From an uncultured Gammaproteobacteria bacterium (lineage in GTDB: Bacteria > Patescibacteriota > Microgenomatia > CAZETR01 > Amesbacteraceae), in contig CAZFGX010000001.1 in NCBI GenBank assembly GCA_964518565.1, positions 524,470 through 588,469 on the forward strand: DNA of 64,000 bases, in the 5' to 3' direction. The notes below the pieces were generated by a model that saw only the letters and a program-made list of their open reading frames with translations, made no database searches and was not told the origin of the DNA. Positions within the stretch are counted from its first letter, which is position 1; each line of letters starts with the position of its first letter. Made by a program: the position numbers and the translations under genes. This document shows positions 57,107 through 64,000 of the stretch, piece by piece.

Positions 57107-58120
57107 CTAATTGTACACTGTTTCCAAATAGCAAATTTCCGCTCTATCGTTCTCAACAACCAAACGTGCACGAATACCATTTGGAATTGCCAAAAATCGG
57201 TGATTTGCTTTCATTTTTTCATCCATAGACAACTCCTCATAATCCCACTCCGCATGACCAAAATCATCACAAAATGCCAACGGTATTCTCTGTCCTCCCC
57301 ATTTTTTTACTCGAGCGGTAATAATATCTCGAGCAGACAGATCCTTACCCCAATCTGGATACGACAGCTCACGAATATTGACTAGTCGGCCAATAAAAAT
57401 CCCAGCGATTCTATTTGCTCGCTTGTGAGCCAAAATTACATCAATCTGGCGTTGTAACGTACTTTTCTCAATATCCAATTCTTCAATTCCTAACAAAATT
57501 GGTCCAGAACCATACATCAAAGGGTCAAATCGAGTCCCAAAAGAAAAAATTAATGTTTCCAAATCCGCCACCACAATCCTCCCCTCACCCACTCCGGAAA
57601 TACTTGGCGTCCACTTAGCAGAGGAACTGACCCCATCCACCACCTCTCCAAATACAATTTTTCGTAACGTTTCAGCTGATTCCTCATCCCATTCAGACAA
57701 TCCCCACAAAGTCGGCCCCATCAAGTTGGCAATTCTGTACGATGTCAAAGCATTCAAAATCATGCAGACATCAGAATAGCCAATAAACCATTTTGGATTT
57801 TGCTGCAAATATTTCATAGTTTCCCGGTTCAACACAGGTAGCACTTCGGTCGCTGCATAGCCTCCACCAGCAGACCAAATAATAGCCACTTCCGGGTCAT
57901 AAATCATATCTTTTAGATCCTCCATCCGCTCCTCGGGCGTTCCAGCTGCAAAATCTCCCACCCTAGAATACACATGTTTACCCATTTTTACCCTCAAACC
58001 CCATTTTTTGATTATTTCCAGACTAGCCTCCAGCTCAGACTTTTCCACGGCATCAGACGGAGCAATCACTCCTACCACACTCCCAGCCTCAACCAGCCTC
58101 GGCTTAATGATATCTGTCAT
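57107..58120 (-). CDS. S66 LD-carboxypeptidase family protein
   Basis: IAPS, AGT.EER..DL, GYSD, EE, FGH. Confidence 0.9.
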   Translation of the reverse strand: MTDIIKPRLVEAGSVVGVIAPSDAVEKSELEASLEIIKKWGLRVKMGKHVYSRVGDFAAGTPEERMEDLKDMIYDPEVAIIWSAGGGYAATEVLPVLNRETMKYLQQNPKWFIGYSDVCMILNALTSYRIANLMGPTLWGLSEWDEESAETLRKIVFGEVVDGVSSSAKWTPSISGVGEGRIVVADLETLIFSFGTRFDPLMYGSGPILLGIEELDIEKSTLQRQIDVILAHKRANRIAGIFIGRLVNIRELSYPDWGKDLSARDIITARVKKWGGQRIPLAFCDDFGHAEWDYEELSMDEKMKANHRFLAIPNGIRARLVVENDRAEICYLETVYN

Positions 58121-58133
58121 CCCTCTATTATAA

Positions 58134-58739
58134 CTAATACGTCCGTCTACCACTCATTGCGTGGGTCAAAGTCTGGTCATCCGCATACTCAATATCTGCC
58201 CCTATCGGCAAGCCGTGAGCAATTCGTGTTACCGACAAATTTGTCAGACCTAGATTACCGATTTCTCGCTTGATATACAGTGCCGTTGCTTCACCTTCCA
58301 TATTTGGATTCACTGCCAAAATCACTTCTTTGACCGATCCGCCACGTAGTCGTGTCATCAATTGCGAAATTTTTATTTCATCAGGACCTATGTTGTGTAA
58401 CGGATCAATAATTCCTCCCAGTACATGGTATACACCACCAAAACCCCGACCCCGTTCCAATGCCAACACATCGAGTGGTTGCTCAACCACACAAATAATT
58501 TCCTTATCCCGATTCGTGTCTGCACAAATATCACACGGCGAACTCTCAGAAATATTGTGACACTCAGCACATTCCATCGTATCTCGTTTTAATGCCGACA
58601 AAGCATGAGCAAAACTATCCAGTTGTTGTTGAGGCACATGTAATAAATAGTAAGTTAGACGAGCTGCACTTTTTGGCCCAATACCTGGCAAACGTTCAAA
58701 AGATTCAGTCAAATTTTTTATCGCCTTGGCAACACGCAT
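58134..58739 (-). CDS. recR: Recombination protein RecR
   Basis: LPGIGPKSA.R, C4 finger, YHVLGG, EGEATA, EYAD. Confidence 0.97.
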   Translation of the reverse strand: MRVAKAIKNLTESFERLPGIGPKSAARLTYYLLHVPQQQLDSFAHALSALKRDTMECAECHNISESSPCDICADTNRDKEIICVVEQPLDVLALERGRGFGGVYHVLGGIIDPLHNIGPDEIKISQLMTRLRGGSVKEVILAVNPNMEGEATALYIKREIGNLGLTNLSVTRIAHGLPIGADIEYADDQTLTHAMSGRRTY

Positions 58740-58754
58740 CCACCGATTGTACTC

Positions 58755-59024
58755 TTATCCTTGTCCGCCGGAAATATTCATCAGTTCTTTTGCTGCGAGT
58801 TCCTGACTCTTCCGAATTGCTTTATTTAATACATCGTTCAAAACTTGATTAGACAAACCTTGAATTTCTAATTCCAAAATTTTCTGATCTCCGGTGATCA
58901 CTACTTTTACTCCACTTTCTTCGACAGTGATTTGTTGTGCCGATAGACTCTTTTGCATCTGCATAGCTTGCTGACGCAATTTATTGATATCGCCGAGTTT
59001 TCCAAATGCATCTGTAATTCCCAT
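58755..59024 (-). CDS. ybaB: YbaB/EbfC nucleoid-associated protein
   Basis: QA..MQ..L, VKVVITGDQ; adjacent to recR. Confidence 0.88.
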   Translation of the reverse strand: MGITDAFGKLGDINKLRQQAMQMQKSLSAQQITVEESGVKVVITGDQKILELEIQGLSNQVLNDVLNKAIRKSQELAAKELMNISGGQG

Positions 59025-59053
59025 AAGTCAATTTGCATTGTATCATTGTAACC

Positions 59054-60274
59054 ATGATCTGGGCAATAGCGGCCTGTGTTGGCATTATTCCGATAATTTT
59101 ATGGGGTATAGAAAGTCCTACATATTCTATATATGGCCTAGGACAAATCGCCGCTTTGGTCGGTATTAGTTTATTTGCGTTTAATATTTTTCTGAGCGGT
59201 AGATTCAAATGGTTTGAACGTGTATTTGGTCCCATAAATCGAATTACTATTTATCACCATCTCATTGGTATCTGTGTCTGGATTTTATTTTTGGTTCATC
59301 CAATACTTCTTACCTCAAGTTACGGCCTCCAACTCTTACTCCCCACAATCTCTCCATGGACACAATCTCTCGGCCAATTAGCATTTTTAGGCCTAAACAG
59401 CTTGATTATTTTGTCCTTATTTATCAAACTTCCCTATCACATCTGGCGCTATACACACAAATTTTTAGGCGTTGTATATGTCATTGGCCTGATCCATGCA
59501 CTATTTATTCCTTCGGGAGTTTTTGTATTGATTAAAATTTATATCGTCTGTACTGCTTTGATTGCTTTGGCAACGTATATATACAGAACCGTATATGGCA
59601 AAATTCTCGTCCCTCGTAGCCTTTATACAGTCACCAGCGTCAAATCTCATGCAGACATAACAGAAATAGAACTTACTGCACAAAACAAACCTCTCATCCA
59701 CGAACCAGGCCAATTTATATTTATTTCTTTCGATGCTCCAGGATTTACCGAAGCCCATCCATTTTCCATCACCTCTCAACCAAACAACCCCACTCTCAAT
59801 CTGAGCGCAAAAAACTCTGGTGACTATACAAAACTCCTCCCCCAACTACCTCTAGATACCACCGCACATGTCGAAGGACCATTTGGCCGTTTTTCATATG
59901 CATTCCATACACGAAAAAACATGATTTGGATTGCTGGTGGGATTGGCATCACCCCATTTTTAAGTATGGCTTCGACTCTCCCCAAATCAAACTATCAAGT
60001 TACTCTATATTACGTGGTTAAAACCAAGCCAGAAGCAACGTATACCAACTTGCTCCAGCGCCTATATAACAAAAATCTATCAGTCATTGTTCATGAATCC
60101 GAAAAATCTGGCAGATTTACCAGTGACATTTTGGCCAAAAACCACTCAAATCTTACACAACAAGATATTTATATCTGTGGACCACTTCCCATGATGAAAT
60201 CTCTACGTTCACAATTAAACCAGTTAGGTATTCGCCATAGTCACATTTTTACTGAAGAATTTTCTCTCACCTAG
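59054..60274 (+). CDS. Ferric reductase-like TM domain plus FAD/NAD(P)H-binding oxidoreductase
   Basis: TM His pairs, PGQF, HPFSI, GDYT, EGPFG, AGGIGITPF, CGP, EEF. Confidence 0.92.
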   Translation: MIWAIAACVGIIPIILWGIESPTYSIYGLGQIAALVGISLFAFNIFLSGRFKWFERVFGPINRITIYHHLIGICVWILFLVHPILLTSSYGLQLLLPTISPWTQSLGQLAFLGLNSLIILSLFIKLPYHIWRYTHKFLGVVYVIGLIHALFIPSGVFVLIKIYIVCTALIALATYIYRTVYGKILVPRSLYTVTSVKSHADITEIELTAQNKPLIHEPGQFIFISFDAPGFTEAHPFSITSQPNNPTLNLSAKNSGDYTKLLPQLPLDTTAHVEGPFGRFSYAFHTRKNMIWIAGGIGITPFLSMASTLPKSNYQVTLYYVVKTKPEATYTNLLQRLYNKNLSVIVHESEKSGRFTSDILAKNHSNLTQQDIYICGPLPMMKSLRSQLNQLGIRHSHIFTEEFSLT

Positions 60275-61701
60275 ACCGCTTGTACGCCAAAAATAGCTTC
60301 TGCTGCTGCCACAATATCATCTCCCACCTTACCTTGAATATTATCTGGTTTGACGACCTTTTTATCCCCCAGCGATAGTTTCAATTTTGCCACCGTCCCT
60401 CCAAATGCATCTGAAATAGCTTTCTCTATCAGAGATCGACATTTTTCAGACTCCAATTTGTCCTTATGAAAGGCATAAAATACTTCCAATTCTGCTGTAG
60501 TTCCATCAAAATCTACCGGTTTAGTCGAACGCAACAAGGCCTCTACAGAAGTATTTTGCGCTTTGACCAGTTTCAAAATATCTGGCCATTTCTCAACAAA
60601 ACTCTCCAGTTTTAGACCTGTCACCGTCCGCAACGGCTTGGCCACTACTGGCTGTTCTACTTTTGGCATTACCACTGGTTTGGTGATTTCTACTACTGGA
60701 ATAGGCTTAGGTTTAGCAAAAGCCAAGACAAACAGTTCAAGTGGTAGTTGAGCAACTGCCGCATATTTACTACGTTCATACACTTGTTCCAAGTGCTCAA
60801 CCAACAAATACTCATTTGCCAAACTTACTGTTGCCACTTTTGCCTTTTCCAAAATTTGCTCGTGCAAATAACTCAGCAATTGCTCCACAAATCCCCTCAC
60901 AGAAATCCCTTTTGCTACCAGCATTTCAACCATATCCAACGCCTCCACTGCTTTTCCATTTCGCACTAGTTCTAAAAACTGTTCTGGCCGAGCAAATTCA
61001 ACAATACCCAAAACACCGGCAACATCACCGCCAGCAATTATCACTTGTTCCAAAATTTTTATCGAATCTCGAAAACTCCCTCTACCTGCCCGGGATATCA
61101 GCAGCAAATCACTATCGCTATACGATTGCCCTTCGCCTATCGCTACCAATTTCAATTTTTCCTGTATCTCTGTCAGACTCGGAGTCGAAAAACGCACATG
61201 GATACATCTGGAAACTACAGTATCCAGCAACCTATCTGCTTCTGTAGTACACAATACAAATAATGCATGCGCAGGCGGCTCTTCCAAAGTTTTCAGAAGT
61301 GCATTCGCCGCTTCCGTAGTCAACATGTGCACCTCATCAATAATATAAACTTTATATTTTGCTCTCATTGGTGCTAAATGAACCTGATCTCGCAATATTC
61401 GAATCTCATCGATCCCGCGATTGCTTGCCGCATCAATCTCTATCACATCTGGACTATCCGCCCCACTTATAGCAATACACGATTCACATACACCACATGG
61501 TTCGCCATCTACACGAGATTCACAATTTACTGCTTTAGCCAAAATTCGTGCACTACTCGTCTTGCCTACACCTCTAGGACCAGTAAACAAAAACGCATGT
61601 GGCAGCTGCTTAGCCAAAACAATATCTTTGAGCATTTTACGAACAGCAGTCAAATCCAAATCGGCGATTTTTTGTGGTCGATATTTCAAATACAATGTCA
61701 T
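60271..61701 (-). CDS. dnaX: DNA polymerase III gamma/tau subunit
   Basis: LYLKYRP, GPRGVGKT, EIDAASNRG, IIDEVHML, LLKTLEEPP. Confidence 0.96.
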   Translation of the reverse strand: MTLYLKYRPQKIADLDLTAVRKMLKDIVLAKQLPHAFLFTGPRGVGKTSSARILAKAVNCESRVDGEPCGVCESCIAISGADSPDVIEIDAASNRGIDEIRILRDQVHLAPMRAKYKVYIIDEVHMLTTEAANALLKTLEEPPAHALFVLCTTEADRLLDTVVSRCIHVRFSTPSLTEIQEKLKLVAIGEGQSYSDSDLLLISRAGRGSFRDSIKILEQVIIAGGDVAGVLGIVEFARPEQFLELVRNGKAVEALDMVEMLVAKGISVRGFVEQLLSYLHEQILEKAKVATVSLANEYLLVEHLEQVYERSKYAAVAQLPLELFVLAFAKPKPIPVVEITKPVVMPKVEQPVVAKPLRTVTGLKLESFVEKWPDILKLVKAQNTSVEALLRSTKPVDFDGTTAELEVFYAFHKDKLESEKCRSLIEKAISDAFGGTVAKLKLSLGDKKVVKPDNIQGKVGDDIVAAAEAIFGVQAV

Positions 61702-61745
61702 GCTTGCTAGTTTTAAGCAATAATAAAACAATTTTCAAGCACAGA

Positions 61746-62114
61746 TTATTCGTGATGAATTCCCATCAAATGTTTACAACCATGATCTACTAAAAAATCT
61801 ATTTCTTCGTCTACAGATCGGCCATTTTCTCCTGCCTGCTTTACAGCCACCTGATAACACACCACCACATCTCCTAAATGCAAAATCCCATCTGCACCTG
61901 GCTGCTCTTCCAAAGGAAAAGACAACACATCAGTGGTTTCGTATGTTTCCATATATTTTTTATGCAATTGCTTCATTTTTTGCTCACCACAGATGACCAC
62001 GCTGACTTCCGCTTTATCCATAATTCCTTGTGCCGCTAGTGCCGAAATTACCGTACGACGTATCCTATCCTGATCTACTAAATATCCTCGAAACAAAACA
62101 TCAACTGTGATCAT
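61746..62114 (-). CDS. ybeY: rRNA maturation factor YbeY
   Basis: TDVLSFP, LGD, HG..HL.G.HH. Confidence 0.93.
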   Translation of the reverse strand: MITVDVLFRGYLVDQDRIRRTVISALAAQGIMDKAEVSVVICGEQKMKQLHKKYMETYETTDVLSFPLEEQPGADGILHLGDVVVCYQVAVKQAGENGRSVDEEIDFLVDHGCKHLMGIHHE

Positions 62115-62545
62115 ACCCCACCAAGCAATTCTCGTACGATACGGGCAACCATAGCACCATCAGCCTTACCTTTAAAAATTGGCGATATTACCCTCATGGC
62201 CGAACCAAAATCCGCAAATTTCCCATTTACAATTTCTGTTTGCAATCGAGTTCTAATCTCATCTTCAGACATTTGAGCTGGTAAGTATACTTGCAGTATT
62301 TCTAGTTCTTGTTGTTCTTGTTTGGCTTGATCCAAACGATCGCCCTTCGTATACGACTCAATTGCTTCTTTACGCTTTTTTACTTCTTTTTGCACAACAG
62401 CAATCACATCTTCTTCAGTCAAATCACGTTGCAAATCAATTTTTTTATAATTTAGCTCCGACAAAACCATTCGCAACACCGAAACCCTCAGCTGGTCAGC
62501 TGATTTCATCGCGGTCTTCAAATCTTCTTGAATTCGCAAAAACAT
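62111..62545 (-). CDS. GatB/YqeY domain protein
   Basis: DLK.AMK, K.R.E.I..Y, YLP.Q, GKADG. Confidence 0.93.
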   Translation of the reverse strand: MFLRIQEDLKTAMKSADQLRVSVLRMVLSELNYKKIDLQRDLTEEDVIAVVQKEVKKRKEAIESYTKGDRLDQAKQEQQELEILQVYLPAQMSEDEIRTRLQTEIVNGKFADFGSAMRVISPIFKGKADGAMVARIVRELLGGV

Positions 62546-62546
62546 G

Positions 62547-62732
62547 TTACCAAAGTCTCCGCTTCGTTTTACGGCGTTCTTTAATACGTTCTTGTTTTAC
62601 TCGAGATGGCTTTTTGTAAAATTCTCGATCTTTCAATTCGATCAATACTTCATCAGACAAGATTTTCTTGCGAAAATCGGCAATCAATTTGTCATCAGAT
62701 TGACCTGGTTTTTTTCTTACAATAGTTGGCAT
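62547..62732 (-). CDS. rpsU: 30S ribosomal protein S21
   Basis: F.KK.....L.E...REFY.KPS; rpsU-yqeY synteny. Confidence 0.88.
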   Translation of the reverse strand: MPTIVRKKPGQSDDKLIADFRKKILSDEVLIELKDREFYKKPSRVKQERIKERRKTKRRLW

Positions 62733-62819
62733 AATGTGGTAAATTCACTCTCCTTTCTCGATAGAGTATTCAAATTATAACCGTTACTACAGGACAAATT
62801 CAAGTAAAACAACTCTTTG

Positions 62820-63053
62820 CTACAGTTTAGAAGCATCAACACGGAGCTGGTTTAGTTCACCAGCATCTGAAGATTCATTCATCGAATCAAGCGATTTCAT
62901 CATGTCACGCACAGATTCGAACGAAACTTTTGCTCCTTCTACCTGAGCTCGAGGTTGATTCATTTTGTCATGAGAAATGATTACAAATCCAGATAACACA
63001 ATTACTGCCACAGAAGATAAAAACAACAGTTCGATAGCAGTTTTCTTTTTCAT
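62820..63053 (-). CDS. Small single-TM hypothetical protein
   Basis: N-terminal TM followed by QVEGA. Confidence 0.65.
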   Translation of the reverse strand: MKKKTAIELLFLSSVAVIVLSGFVIISHDKMNQPRAQVEGAKVSFESVRDMMKSLDSMNESSDAGELNQLRVDASKL

Positions 63054-63057
63054 AATT

Positions 63058-63621
63058 TTATAAGGATTCTCCTAATGCGAACGCCAATGCTTTTACACTA
63101 TCTTTTACTGCTCGACGGGCAGACTCGACTTTTGCCATAGTGTCTTTTAGACTTTGCTCAAAAGCAGCTCTCGCAGAATTTACTTCACTTCTTAAACTAG
63201 ATTCCGAACCAGATAATGTAATAGTGCATGATCGATTTTTTTGATTTGCCACTGCAGTTCTTGCTTCTAAAATAGCAGCTTTAGCTTTATCGACACTAGT
63301 GGTAACCGGTGCTTTTTTTTCAGCAGATAGTGAAGCGGATTTTTGCGTCACTCGATCCAAAATAGTTGACATTGTATCCAGATGCTTTGTCATTGTCTCT
63401 ACTCTTCGAGTGTTGAGGTTGCACAATCTATTTTGCAAACTTTCGACAATCAATTTTTTACGTTCATCTTTAATTTTTTCCAATGCCTCTTTGTATGTCT
63501 CTTTTGCCTCCTTACGCATTTCTTTCAGTTCCGAAGCTCGAGATGCAGCGTTCTCTCTGGCATACGCACTACCTACAAAAGTCACACTGACTGCTACAAA
63601 CAGCAGAACATACTTCTTCAT
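63058..63621 (-). CDS. Exported helical-bundle hypothetical protein
   Basis: Signal peptide AYA; long amphipathic helices. Confidence 0.75.
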   Translation of the reverse strand: MKKYVLLFVAVSVTFVGSAYARENAASRASELKEMRKEAKETYKEALEKIKDERKKLIVESLQNRLCNLNTRRVETMTKHLDTMSTILDRVTQKSASLSAEKKAPVTTSVDKAKAAILEARTAVANQKNRSCTITLSGSESSLRSEVNSARAAFEQSLKDTMAKVESARRAVKDSVKALAFALGESL

Positions 63622-63637
63622 ATATCTATAGTAATCC

Positions 63638-63991
63638 TCAAAATCGTGGTTGTCTACAATCAATCGACAAGGAAATGGAATTATTCCCTAAGGTTTTCAT
63701 TTTCATATTCGCAACCCAAATAACATGGTGATCGATAGCGATTTCCGTCCACTGTTCGGTTACGCCACTTGGCACTACATGTTCTTCTGTTTTTACTCCA
63801 GTAGACTTTTCGTATACACCATTGATTGCATTGGCACCTTCGCCAGAATAGGTAATTTGCACACCATGATACAAATTCGCCCCATCAGCTCTAATCTGAT
63901 GATTTTCACCTATTTGAACCACCGCTCCTTGCTCTAGATGCATTTCCATCGGAGGGGATTTTGGACAATATTGTTTTAGATCAATCGCCAT
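63638..63991 (-). CDS. Hypothetical protein
   Basis: 117-aa beta-rich ORF; upstream context lies outside the window. Confidence 0.55.
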   Translation of the reverse strand: MAIDLKQYCPKSPPMEMHLEQGAVVQIGENHQIRADGANLYHGVQITYSGEGANAINGVYEKSTGVKTEEHVVPSGVTEQWTEIAIDHHVIWVANMKMKTLGNNSISLSIDCRQPRF

Positions 63992-64000
63992 ATCTGGCTG

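Noticed and set aside
60271-61701. Programmed frameshift in dnaX (gamma/tau)
   Set aside because: No A-AAA-AAG heptamer or long A run with a downstream hairpin was seen; the ORF is continuous
416-63937. Numerous antisense and nested ORFs in the track (e.g. 8426-8995, 19355-19873, 26148-26828, 49119-49628, 53745-54251)
   Set aside because: They shadow well-supported genes on the other strand or frame and have no motifs or initiation signals
1-64000. Alternative genetic code (TGA=Gly as in Gracilibacteria/Absconditabacteria)
   Set aside because: Core genes are full length under code 11 and TGA acts as a stop (for example at 19290 and 20679)

Overview
Chromosomal segment of a small-genome bacterium. 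Gene content, compactness and the many short single-TM orphans suggest Patescibacteria/CPR, Microgenomates-like (inference). Standard genetic code; the + strand looks C-rich throughout and most core genes are on the - strand. The backbone includes the gyrA 3' end, a Xer recombinase, yebC, efp, tRNA-Leu(CAA), dnaB, hisS, prfA, rpmE, htrA, ctpA, rpsF-ssb-rpsR, ychF, pfkA, msrA/msrB, rarA, cysS, recR-ybaB, dnaX, ybeY and rpsU. Many backbone genes appear leaderless, with an (extended) -10 box 6-8 nt before the start codon and no Shine-Dalgarno. The most notable signal is a second expression architecture in six + strand orphan units (13.6, 14.5, 16.0, 21.5, 31.7 and 34.9 kb): sigma70 promoter, optional hairpin, a boxA-like 12-mer 33-37 nt before the ATG, a strong SD, orphan ORFs, then a terminator-type hairpin. 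Three of these units form an array of seven highly diverged ~110-120 aa paralogues downstream of tRNA-Leu, punctuated by two identical 31-bp terminators; another carries three paralogous membrane proteins. Also notable are an operon of two Ddl-like ATP-grasp enzymes plus a SET protein, a cluster of exported His1 (YcnI-like) proteins with an MsrQ-like fusion, palindromic bidirectional promoters driving unannotated small ORFs, a DnaA-box cluster, and one frameshifted gene. All calls were made by eye from motifs; no database searches were run.
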